The notes: generated by a model from the sequence alone, not told the origin. Numbered from the stretch's first letter, positions 1 through 9,838 are shown. The stretch: DNA of 64,000 nucleotides from Candidatus Latescibacterota bacterium (GCA_965206595.1 OZ242214.1:5792001-5856000); one strand, 5' to 3'. Program-made: numbers and translations.

Positions 1-344
1 GCCATTTCATCAGCGTGATCGAACTATACGTTACCCCGTTCGACAGCTGGGAAGGCTGGGACTACCCAGGACAAATGGAAATCAGCGAGTTGGCCGTCGG
101 CAAAGTCATCGGCTTCGGAATTATAGTATACGACTACGACACTTCCGGTGAACGGGAGTGGTGGACCCCTGAACCGATGGCCTGGCAACGCGCCTGGCGG
201 AGAGACGCAGATGGATTACTCGACGGTCTCCTGCTGGGTCCCGATTTGTCGGGACCCGGAAACAGTGCGGTCGAGTCGGTCTCCTGGGCGCGGATCAAGG
301 CCTCCCTGGAGGTGAGGAACCTATCTCAAAATAGGCAAACTTAA
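1..344 (+). CDS. C-terminal part of a CBM9/DOMON-like secreted protein (paralogue A); 5' end outside window, last codons supplied by IS5
   Basis: ISVIELYVTPFD...ELAVGKVIGFGIIVYDYD...DGLLLG...SAVESVSWARIKASL aligns with paralogues at 1983 and 45112-48246; IS left end begins at 316. Confidence 0.8.
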   Translation, partial: HFISVIELYVTPFDSWEGWDYPGQMEISELAVGKVIGFGIIVYDYDTSGEREWWTPEPMAWQRAWRRDADGLLDGLLLGPDLSGPGNSAVESVSWARIKASLEVRNLSQNRQT

Positions 345-1173
345 ACTTGTTTTCGAAATGACAGTGATGTACCATTGGTGTATGGTCAATCTGACCGACA
401 TGCAATGGCAACGAATCCGCCATCACTTTCCTGAAGAACTTCGTCCCAAGAGCCATCCGGGTCGCAAACCGGTTTGCACCCGTGATGTTTTTGAAGCCGT
501 TCTTTGGATTCTAAACACCGGGGCTCAATGGCATATGTTGCCGCAGTGCTATGCGAACTACAAAACCGTGCATCGCCGTTTTCAAAACTGGTGTCGTCAA
601 GGGGTGTTGCGCGAAGTTCTCATGGACCTGGCCCAGACACTTCACGAGCAAGGGGGCCTGGACGAATCGGAGGCCTTCATCGATGGCATGTTCTCGGCGG
701 CCAAGGGTGGAGGTGCCGATATCGGCCACACCATAGCGAGGTAAGGGGGTGCGGGTCATGGGGATCGTCGACGGCAATGGGCTTCCCTTGTCGGTGAGCA
801 CGCATGCAGCGAACCATCATGAAGTGACGCTGGTTCAGTTGACCTTTGACTTTTACCTGATCGAAAACCAACCTGACAACTTGATCGGTGACAAAGCGTA
901 CGACAGCGATTCGTTGGATGAAGAACTTAAGAAAAGCGGGATCGAGATGATCGCCCCCACATCGCCAGAATCGGACCAAGAAAAAGACTCAGGATGGACG
1001 GCGATTGCGGCGATATGTGCGGCGTTGGATGGTTGAGAGATTCTTTGCTTGGCTTCAATGGCAGCGTCGAGTGATCACTCGCTGGGAATTGTATCCGGAG
1101 AATTTTCTTGGCTTCGTCCGACTTGCATCCATTTTGATTTTACTTAAACAATCTCAATTTTGAGATAGGTTCC
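316..1173 (+). mobile_element. IS5-family insertion sequence (858 bp), inactive
   Basis: Perfect 17-bp terminal inverted repeats GGAACCTATCTCAAAAT (316-332) and ATTTTGAGATAGGTTCC (1157-1173) enclosing a transposase. Confidence 0.92.
382..1163 (+). pseudogene. IS5-family DDE transposase with two frameshifts
   Basis: LTDMQW..I..HFP, AVLWILNTGAQW, TVHRRFQNW, IDG, GDKAYDSD, RWMVERFFAWL. Extra base near 734 (ACC A-T-AG CGA GGT breaks TKRGKG) and in the C run near 955. Confidence 0.88.
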
Positions 1174-1226
1174 AGGTAAAATGGTCGTTTTCACAAACCA
1201 ACAGCAGTGTCCGAGAGGAAAACGGC

Positions 1227-1283
1227 AAAGCGCCCGGTGTCTGCGAGACAGTGTCCCCGGCATCGGGTGGCGCCTATGTTTTT
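1227..1283 (+). terminator. GC-rich hairpin plus T-tract (REP-like), related to the hairpin at 16340-16394
   Basis: gcccggtgtc...ggcatcgggt stem followed by tgttttt, downstream of paralogue A. Confidence 0.4.
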
Positions 1284-1568
1284 GGGGGCCCGTCAGATTC
1301 GGTGCCGGGCCGGAAGCTCCGGAGGCCGGCCGGGGAAGTCGGACAGGCTATTTTACACGACACCAAAGGGCGTTGGCGAACCGCACTGGAGTCTGTAAAA
1401 CGCTTTGTCCTGAAGAGGGGATCGCCGGGGCGTTCGCTGTCGAGACGCCGGGCCCCGGTAAGGGGAAGGGCTGACGAAGAAGGGGGCGCCCGCAAAAAAA
1501 TCGGTTGACAAGGCCTGGGTTTTTTAGTTCGCAACGGCAGCCGAAGGGACCGGCATCCGGCGGCTGCT

Positions 1569-1898
1569 CCGCGGACTTGATGCCGAGGCGCAGTATCGAT
1601 TCGAGAAGGAAAGAGGCAGTGAACGGACAATCCGGCGGGCTACCAAGATAGGAGGATCAAGGTCGTGCGCCGAATCTCGTTCCATATCAAACCCTCCACT
1701 GTGATCGCCCATCCTCGAACAGACTGCAGATACTCGCACAGTCATCACAGCAGCAGCTCGGGCTATTGCGCCTACACCTGCACCCTCTTGGGGCACGGGA
1801 ATTCCTACTTTTCCTTGCATCCACAGGTTCACGGCCCGACCGCAACGTGCGGAACCTGCAAGTGCCAGGGCTAGAGTAAATCGGCATCAAGTCTGCGG
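1569..1898. repeat. 18-bp inverted repeat pair flanking the small Cys-rich ORF
   Basis: ccgcggacttgatgccga (1569-1586) versus tcggcatcaagtctgcgg (1881-1898): 17/18 complementary, the mismatch being a G-U pair. Confidence 0.8.
1665..1874 (+). CDS. Small Cys/His/Ser-rich peptide (69 aa), unknown function
   Basis: AGGAGG RBS 9 nt before GTG; six Cys all encoded by TGC; CxxxC and CxxCxC motifs. Confidence 0.6.
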   Translation: MRRISFHIKPSTVIAHPRTDCRYSHSHHSSSSGYCAYTCTLLGHGNSYFSLHPQVHGPTATCGTCKCQG

Positions 1899-1982
1899 TG
1901 GCGGACGAGTGATCGATTCATCGAGGTGGATCGAATGCTCGTCCGCTTTTTTTCTGCAATCCATTTAAAGAGAAGGGCAACA

Positions 1983-2762
1983 ATGACCTCTGCCTGCCGC
2001 ATGCTATGTCTCACCGTCTTTTCTCTCTGCCTGCCGGGACTGGTTGCTGCCCACGTAGGCGCCCGCGTATACCCAATCGCCTACCTCAGCGACGACATGC
2101 TGGAACAGATCGACCTCAAGGACGGCTCGGTAGAGGAGTGGTATGAGGTGGTCGGGGAGCCGTCCATGACTCTGCTGGACTTCGGCGAGGGAGACCTGGG
2201 ACCGCTCGATCCGTCTGATCTGGATTTCCGTATCTGGCTGGCCTGGCACGACAATCCGGCTCGCTTTTATCTGGCCTTTGTGAGCAGCGACGACATCTAC
2301 GAGAACAGCCACGATTACAACGTCGACGGCTTCTCTGTACAGGACGATATGAGCCTGAATGACAGCATCACCCTGGTGATCGACGGAGATCACAGCGGCG
2401 GTGCGGGCTGTAGCCTGCATTGTCCCTGGGACGTGTCAGTCGAGGCCAATAGTGGAAGTCAGAAATACGACGCCATCGCCCGCACTCTTGACGGCCCGAA
2501 CCTAGATGATCGTTGGGCCAGAGGGCCGTCCGGGTTCGCCTGGAATGCCCTGCCACCATATGGGGATGCCGGCGGCAGCGTGGCAGGAGAAAACCCGACT
2601 ATCAGCGTGATCGAACTGTATGTCACCCCGTTCGACCGCCGGATGAACCACAACATCGAAGAGAGTAGGGAGCCGGCCGGGCAGTCGGACGGGGTGGGCG
2701 GCAACAGGTTGGTGATCGGGGCAGGAAGTACCCGACCGAGGGTGACCAGGTTCAAGCGGTAA
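1983..2762 (+). pseudogene. CBM9/DOMON-like secreted protein (paralogue B), 3'-truncated
   Basis: Signal peptide ending VAA-HVG; DGSVEEW, DLDFRIWLAW, DSITLVIDGDHSGG, IELYVTPFD. Homology stops after EES (~2668) and the C-terminal motif is missing. Confidence 0.8.
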
Positions 2763-2794
2763 GGGGAACCATCCTACGGTCAGACCTCCCTGAA

Positions 2795-4859
2795 TTACAG
2801 GCTCTTCTCGATCGCCGCTACCATTTCGTCGGTATCCCTTACCCGGGAGCAATCCACAATCACCCCCTTTGAATCCACCAGGTAGTACGAAGGTATTCCG
2901 TTGATGTTGTAGGACTCGGCCAGATCTGAGCGGAAGCCGTGCGCACGCACGTGAACGCCTTCGATTTGATGTTTTTCGATCGCGTTTCGCCAGGCGGCCT
3001 CATCCGTGTCCAGCGACAGGTTGAGGAAGACGACCGGCTGGGCGGCGGTCCTTCCCTTGATCTCGCGGAGATGGGGCAGGTCCCCGATACAGGGTCCGCA
3101 CCAGCTCGCCCAGAAATCGAGAAAGAACACCTTGCCTTTGAACTGGCTCAGCGACACCGGCTGCCCGTCGAGGTCGTGGAGGGTGAATTCCGGGGCCGGC
3201 TGTCCGGGTTGCAGCTTGAGGGCGTCGTTCAGGGCGGTTTGGACCGCCTCCGTGTATTCCGGGTGGGGGTTGATCTCCTCGAAGTCCTCCCACTTGCGGA
3301 GGGCCAAGGCAAACGCTTCGCTTCCCTGCCTGAACCCATCGATCAGCTCCCCGGCCAGAAACCAGTAGAGCACTCGCCCCTGAAGTTTCTCCTTGGCGAG
3401 ATCGTATCTCCTCGAGAAGGCCCAGATCGTCCGGGCTCCGGTGCCGGCATATATCGAGTCGAGCCGGGTCAGGTCAGGTCAGCCTCCGACAGGCCAAGAC
3501 CTGAGAGATCGATTTTTTCGGAAAGCTTGAGGGGTTGGCGATGTTCGTGGAGGGAATCGAGCTGAGCCAAGGCCTCCTGTGACAGTCCGAACTCTGACAG
3601 ATCGACCCTTTCGGATAATTTCGGCGTCTTGCTGAGAGACTCAAACTGTTCATCATGGTCCATCCCTTCTTTTTCCGGCAGGAAGAAAACCAACTCTCCG
3701 CCCGTCGTATCGACCCTGGCAACCTCTTCCTCACTTGAAGTAACGAGGCTGTAAGATCTTCCCTTCTTTTCGAAGAAAGAGTCGAGCTCTGCCTGGGCGG
3801 TTTCAGACAGGCCAACGCCGGCAGGTCGAACATCTGGGACAGCCTGAGGGATCGCTTCTTCTGGTATTGGGAGTCGAGCCGGGCCTGAGCCGCCGCCGCC
3901 AAACCGGCCGCTGACAGATCGACCATCTTCGACAGCATGGGATACCAGTCGCTTTTCTCGTACAGAGAGTCGAGTCGGCCCTGAATTTCCTCAGGAAGGT
4001 TCAGAGCGGACAGGTCGCGCAACTCGGACAGCAGGGGCAGCTTTCGCGATTCGGAGTTCTGCAACTCCCAGTCCAGGGTCCGCACAAGAAATGTGTGATA
4101 ACTGTCTGCCTTTATTGCCTTTTCGTCTACCAGCGGAATCTCCTGCAGGAAGTCGTAGTACTCCGGTGCGATATCTCTGTTCTTGTGGCCGTTGGCAAAG
4201 TAGAAATTCGTCGGATATGGAATCATGGATCTTGCCCACCCATAGTTGAAATAGGCGGTTGCATAGTCGACGAAACCCGGAGACAGCGAGTATTTCCCAC
4301 GCCCCTCGGCCAGGAACTCGAGCTGCTCCCGACGCCGCTCGTCTACCTGCCGCTTGAAGTCCTCGACCTCCAGATCCTCGTATTCGAGGTGAAAGTGGAG
4401 AAAGCGCGGAATCCACTCGGCAATGAAGCGGCTGTTGTCGGCGTTGGCACCGCTGAACGAGTAGGAGGGGCCGAAGTAGCCGGCGTCGATCGTGATGTGC
4501 AGACTGTCCCGGGGCTCGACGAAGAAGACCAGGGGATTGTGATCGAAGAGGAAGGACCCCATCCAGCGCACCCACTTCCATCCGGGTTAGCCGCTGTCGT
4601 AATACCCCATGACCAGAGTGCCCCGGCTGACGGGCAGCTCAAAAGTGAATCGGTTCAGGCTGTCGAGAGCGACGCCCTCGTCGGAGCTGCCCAGGCCGGA
4701 CGGCGGCGTGAAAGTGAAGGCGACTTCCCGCGAGGCCGGGTTGCGGACTTCCCCGGTGATGGTCGCGACTGATGGCTGGCTCTGGGCGTCTTCAGCTGCC
4801 AGGCAGGTGCTCGATGCGGTCAGGGCGGCAACAAGGAAGCTGCAGAATCGGTGGGCCAT
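2795..4859 (-). pseudogene. Secreted TlpA/ResA-like thiol-disulfide oxidoreductase with internal repeats, disrupted
   Basis: Signal peptide MAHRFCSFLVAA; C-terminal GQPAPEFTL..DFWASWCGPC..YNINGIPSYYLVD. In-frame TAA at 4587-4589, 1-nt loss near 3812, extra GGTCA copy at 3467-3481. Confidence 0.85.
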
Positions 4860-5007
4860 GGGGAAAAGCTCCGGAATCAGGTCGGGGGATGCGGGAACGA
4901 AGGGACTCCGCCGCGGGCACAAGGAAAAGGCTGTCGCGGAAGTAGTCCCGCATTGCGCGGCCATCCAATGCCAAACAAGAAAGGGGCATATCAAGTGGGG
5001 GATCTCT

Positions 5008-7108
5008 TCAGTCGTTCTGCGGAGTTTTGAAAATGACCAGGTGGTTATTCATGACCGCGCAGATGTGATCCCCCGCCAGAATGAGGTTGTGACGCCCCCG
5101 ATAGTTGAAGGGAAGGATGTAATCCCCGGACGTTATGCGCGAGTGTCCGTGGCTCTCGTTGAATTGGTAGATGAATTGGTCGCTGAAGTCGCCCGTTATA
5201 TCATGAATTTTGGCGGATTCCCTTTGGTCTATTTTGCCCAGTTTCTCCCGTTGCCATATGGCGCCGTACCAGGTCACCGCGTATGACCATATCCCGTTCC
5301 AGGCCCAGCCATAGGCGAAATCGCCGTCCATGGTCAGTCGAGGGAACTTCCCAGGGATGTAATCGACCTCCACCGGCTGCAGTGGATCGGTTATGTCGAT
5401 CACGGCCAGCTCCCCGGGCCGGTGCCGCTGGACGTAGGCTCTGTTCCCGTCTACGGATATGGGGCCCAGTCCCGGCGGCCGGGCGATCCGGTAAAAAACG
5501 TACTCCCCTTCGGGAGTCAGCTCCCGCATCTCCAGGGATTCCAGCATATGGCCTGCATCTTCCAGCTTCTGTGCGATGGATTCCGGAAGAACCCCGGGAG
5601 ACAGCCGGTGATGCAGCTTTTCGATGGATTCTTCATACTGCCTGGAGCGTCCGAAGCGGCGGAGGGGGGTCCTGCTCAGCTCTACAGGACGCCCGGGATC
5701 CGTCAGATCCAGGACGACGAAATCGCCGTCCATGGTCAGTCGAGACGTGGGAGCCGGCAAAGTGCATTTCCCCGTCGTAACCCCAGGCATGTCTGATTCT
5801 CTCTTCGACGGGCAGAACGTGGACCGGTTGGGGCAGTCCTGCTTCCCGCACGTCGAAGCTGTGCAGCTCGAGGAGCTCGCTGCCGAGCAGGCACGCGTAC
5901 AGGTATCCCTCCCGGACGGCCCACCCCGTCAGCCGGGGAGTTCGTTTCAACCAGGGGGTGGGACCTGACTCGATTGGATGGAGAAGGCGCTGCCCTTGCA
6001 GCCGGGGACGTTCGGGCCTGCCGAGGTCGAATACCGCCACCCCCACGCTGTCTTTGGCCGATCCCCAGACATAGGCGGTGGTACCGGAAAGGGCCAGCCT
6101 CCAGAGCAGCCAGCCGTCGATCTCCGCTCGCCCTGTCTCCTTCGGCGACTGCCAGTCCGCCACGTCCACCACGCTCACTCCGTTCTCCAGCAGCACAACC
6201 GCGGATCGGTCTTTCAGGGCCAGATCTGCAACCGGTACTTCGTAGGGAAGGCCGCCCACCGGCTCGATCGGGTCATCCTCGCGGTGGGACTGTGTCGCAT
6301 CCATCGCGAGCACGATGGCCCCGGAGACCAGGGCGAGCGTGGTCATACCCCACTGGAATCGCCTGCTGGCCTGCGCTCTCAACGCCAGGGCAGACCACAG
6401 AAGGGCGCCCCCTGCTATCAGGGCGGCAGCCGCAAGCTTTGGCCAACAGGAGCGATGGATCGAGGGCCAGACGCAGGATCTGGCCTGTTAGATCGATGAC
6501 CAGGATCCGCGTGATGAAATACGAGACAGCAGGGGACAGTTGGGAACCTGTCCCCAGGAAGAATAAAGCGACCCACCCCAACATAAGGGCGACAGCTATT
6601 GCCTTCAGGGGCCGGCCGGTAAACGAGGAGGAAAGGAACACCAGGGTGTGCAGGATCACGTAAGGGAATAACCAGAGCAGCAGGATGCGTGCGATCCCCA
6701 CCTCCTGCAGGATCTCCTGCAACCCGGAATTCCGGAGGAATTTTAGAGATGAACCCTGGTAAAACCACCACAGGAAGTTGGGTTTTCCCCATTCCGGCAA
6801 TCCGAGGTATACCCCTGCCCAGAACGAGGCCAACACCGCGAGCATCCCCGCAGCCGTCCAGGAGCCAGCGGCCGGCTCAGCAGAAAGGGCATTGTCCCCC
6901 TGCCGCGCTCCCCGGCAACCAGGTCGATGCCCATGGTCACGGCGGCCAGCAGGCTTACCAGATAGCTCACAGCAACAAGGGGATACTCGTTGTTGAAGAC
7001 CGGGTGGAGATAGGCCAACCCGAGGAGTATAGCCACGCAGGAGCCGGCGCCGACCTTGTAAACCGCTTCCCGTCCTTCTTTCCACAGCAGAGCTCGTATG
7101 GGGTTCAT
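5008..7108 (-). pseudogene. ABC-2-type permease fused to an LVIVD-repeat beta-propeller, three frameshifts
   Basis: MNPIRALLWKEGRE and GERGRGTMPFLLSRP permease motifs, TM helices reading into LVIVD repeats (VSVVDVADWQSP, VAVFDLGRPERP, VVLDLTDPGRP, LAVIDITDPLQP). Shifts near 6870, 6440 and 5745. Confidence 0.75.
5316..5744. repeat. 27-bp exact direct repeat
   Basis: cgaaatcgccgtccatggtcagtcgag at 5316-5342 and 5718-5744. Confidence 0.85.
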
Positions 7109-8001
7109 GACGCGCCTCCTGCGGTGCGGACGTATGCCACGAAAGCATCCTCCAGGCCTAAATCTTCCACCTCGACGATGCGTCCGCCCTGCGCCTCGAT
7201 CCGGGCGGTCTGTTCCCCGCCGTACCCCACCACCGTCAACAGCCGCTGCGCGCCCGTTCCCTGCACCTCCCGCAATTCTGGAATACCGGTCAATGGACCC
7301 GCACCATCGGGCATGCGCACCGCAACCCGCTTTACCGACTGCTTCACGTCGTCGACCGGGCCTTCCACCACAAGGCGGCCCTGCTCGATGATGGCGACCC
7401 GATCGGCGACTCGCTCCACCTCGTGTACGAGGTGCGACGACAGGAAGACGGTGCGTCCCTCCTCCTGGATGAGCCCGATGATGCTCTCGAGGAAATCGCG
7501 CCGGACCACCACGTCCAGCCCGGAGGCCGGCTCGTCGAGGATCAGCAGGGGCGGCTCGTGCCCCAGGGCCAGAGCGAGCGCGAGCTGGGCGTTCATGCCG
7601 CGGGACAGGTGCTTGACCTTCTGCTCGCGGTCGAGGCCGAATCGGTCGATCAGTCCCTCGACCTTGCCCGGGTTCCAGGTTTCGTGGAACTGGCCGGTGA
7701 ACCAGGCCAGCTCCCGCACCTTCATCCACCCGTACATGAGCGGATTCTCCGCCACGAAGCCCACCTGCCGCCGCAGGGCCAGCGAGTCCCGCCCCGGGTC
7801 GAGCCCGAGCACCTCCACCTGCCCGGCCGTGGGGCTGAGCAGGTTCATCAGTATCCGGATGGCCGTGGTCTTGCCGGCCCCGTTGCGTCCGAGGAACCCG
7901 CAGACCGAGCCGGTTGGCACCTTGAGGTGGAGGTCCTCCACGGCGGCGCGCTTGCCGAAGCGGTGGGTCAAACCTGTCATGGCGATCGCCGTATCACTCA
8001 T
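7105..8001 (-). CDS. ABC transporter ATP-binding protein (YtrB-like)
   Basis: GRNGAGKTT Walker A, LSRGM signature, LLILDEP Walker B, SSH switch. Confidence 0.95.
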   Translation of the reverse strand: MSDTAIAMTGLTHRFGKRAAVEDLHLKVPTGSVCGFLGRNGAGKTTAIRILMNLLSPTAGQVEVLGLDPGRDSLALRRQVGFVAENPLMYGWMKVRELAWFTGQFHETWNPGKVEGLIDRFGLDREQKVKHLSRGMNAQLALALALGHEPPLLILDEPASGLDVVVRRDFLESIIGLIQEEGRTVFLSSHLVHEVERVADRVAIIEQGRLVVEGPVDDVKQSVKRVAVRMPDGAGPLTGIPELREVQGTGAQRLLTVVGYGGEQTARIEAQGGRIVEVEDLGLEDAFVAYVRTAGGAS

Positions 8002-8410
8002 CGATTCGCTTCCTCCCTGTCGAATCTTTTCTGCCGAACTGGCTGAGTCGCTCCCGGAATACCTCGCGCATCTCCGCCGGGCTCAGGCCCAGCTCGACGG
8101 CTTCGACGAGGGCCTTGTCGAGCAGTCGCCGCACGATTTCGAACCTTTCTTCCCGGCTCATGGTCACGGTCTTTTCGGCCACGTAGGTGCCCATGCCCCG
8201 CTTCTTGTAGATCAGCCCCCCCCGCTCCAGTTCGAGATACGCCCGCACCACGGTGTTGGGATTGATCAGGTACTGCCCGGAAAGGGCGCGCACCGAGGGG
8301 AGCTCGTCGTGCGCTCGGAGCACCCCGGTGGCGATCTGGTACTTGATCTGCTCGATGATCTGCAGATAGATGGGAACCCCGTTGCCCGGGTCTATACGAA
8401 GGTGTAGGAT
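7994..8410 (-). CDS. GntR/YtrA-subfamily regulator; ATC at the expected start position
   Basis: LHLRIDPGNGVPIYLQIIEQIKYQIATG..LPSVR.L....INPNTV.RAY.ELE; GGAG RBS 7 nt before ATC at 8410. Confidence 0.85.
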   Translation of the reverse strand: MLHLRIDPGNGVPIYLQIIEQIKYQIATGVLRAHDELPSVRALSGQYLINPNTVVRAYLELERGGLIYKKRGMGTYVAEKTVTMSREERFEIVRRLLDKALVEAVELGLSPAEMREVFRERLSQFGRKDSTGRKRIDE

Positions 8411-8598
8411 GCCGAGGCTCCTGTATCCGCCCGATGATTCAATTGTTCAGCTGACGAGGCCGTTAACGTCCGGCCGGCAGCCCCGATGGATTTCCCCGGA
8501 CCGTGAGGGTCCAGGCATGCATCGGTCGGTGATCGTTGCTACGCTGCTGCGTGCGGCCGATGTTGCCGGCTTACCGAAAGGATTTCTCACGGTATCAG

Positions 8599-8618
8599 TG
8601 TATCGCAAAACCGATACA
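8599..8618. promoter_or_regulatory. Palindromic operator, probable YtrA site
   Basis: TGTATCG-caaaac-CGATACA inverted repeat upstream of the gntR gene; TGTA-N12-TACA. Confidence 0.6.
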
Positions 8619-8791
8619 GCGACACTGTACGAAGCTTCATGAGTTCAGGCAAGCACTTTTTCCAGACGAACCAGTGCCCGCCGATTTCAAAACGAACTCG
8701 CTGTTTGCGGGAGGAACTTCACAACCAACATGGGTACAGGCGGTAATGCATACGTGTGCATTAATGGAGAAAAAAGCTGCTCCATGATTTG

Positions 8792-9838
8792 TCATCCGCT
8801 ATTGACTGCTTTTCCCTTCGGTTTCGCTCCGCAGGATTCCCGCACGACAAGGCGGGAGTTCAAGGTTACTTGCCGGATGGTATTGTTCCCCTGCAGTTGT
8901 TCCATCATCAGGTCCATTGCGGCCGTGGCGATCTTCTCGTACGGGATTGCCAGTGTAGTCAGGGCCGGAGTCAAATAAGCCGCCACCTTCAGATCCCCGT
9001 TGCCCACCACAGCCACATCCTCAGGTACGCGAATACCCGATTCCCGCAGCCCTCGGCAAACCCCAATGGCGGTATAATCGCTGTGGCAGACGAGGGCCGT
9101 AAACCGGTCGCCGAGTTCTTTACCTCGGCGATACCCACCATCCGTGTGGCCTTCCCCGGAAGACAGGAATCCAGGTGCCAGATCGTGCTGTTTCATCGCC
9201 GTGGAGTACCCTTTGGCTTCGTCTGAAACCGGGGTGACCTGATCCCGGTCCGGTCCTCCAGGTCCGAGATATCCAATGCGGTTGTGACCCAGCGATATCA
9301 GGTGTTCGGTGGCCATGTGGAAACCGGATTCATTGTCCAGCACCACTCCGCTCAGGTTTGGAGTCGGGTAGTAGAAGGTCACGGCAGGGACCCGCTCCTT
9401 GACGGCATCGAGAATGCGTTCCGACTCCTCCGCGTAACGCCGTGTATTAATCAACAGTCCGTCAATGCCCCGGGAAATCGACTGCTTGATCTGGAGGACC
9501 TGTTCTTCTCGTGGAGCCTTACCGTCAGGAGCCACCCCCAAAACGATCTGATATCCCTGGCTGCCAGCCGCCTTCAGGAGCATATCGGTCAGAGTTCCAA
9601 ATGACTCCAGGGAGATATGGTAGGTCAGCAGGCCCAGGGTCGCGGTCTTGCGCGTGACGATAGCACGGGCCATCAGGTTGGGACTGTAGTCCATCTCAGC
9701 GGCCAGTTTTTGCACACGTTTGCGAGTCTTGTCGTTCACCAATGAAGACGCATTCAGTGACAGCGCGCGCGATACGGTCGAATGCGAAATACCCAACCGC
9801 CCTGCAATGTCCTTGATGGTAACTTGCTTTTTTTTCAT
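8792..9838 (-). CDS. LacI-family transcriptional regulator
   Basis: VTIKDIAGRLGISHSTVSRAL HTH, YSPNLMARA hinge, RVPEDVAVVG, LVVRESCG. Confidence 0.96.
   Translation of the reverse strand: MKKKQVTIKDIAGRLGISHSTVSRALSLNASSLVNDKTRKRVQKLAAEMDYSPNLMARAIVTRKTATLGLLTYHISLESFGTLTDMLLKAAGSQGYQIVLGVAPDGKAPREEQVLQIKQSISRGIDGLLINTRRYAEESERILDAVKERVPAVTFYYPTPNLSGVVLDNESGFHMATEHLISLGHNRIGYLGPGGPDRDQVTPVSDEAKGYSTAMKQHDLAPGFLSSGEGHTDGGYRRGKELGDRFTALVCHSDYTAIGVCRGLRESGIRVPEDVAVVGNGDLKVAAYLTPALTTLAIPYEKIATAAMDLMMEQLQGNNTIRQVTLNSRLVVRESCGAKPKGKAVNSG

Noticed and set aside
730-750. Programmed frameshift in the IS5 transposase
   Set aside because: No slippery A-run at the junction; a single inserted base explains it and a second frameshift follows.
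1536-1586. HDV-like ribozyme or retron ncRNA
   Set aside because: Only 3 nt separate the stems where HDV needs P3/L3, and no reverse transcriptase is nearby for a retron.
4587-4589. Selenocysteine or stop-codon recoding in TlpA
   Set aside because: The stop is TAA, far from the CxxC site, and the gene has other lesions.
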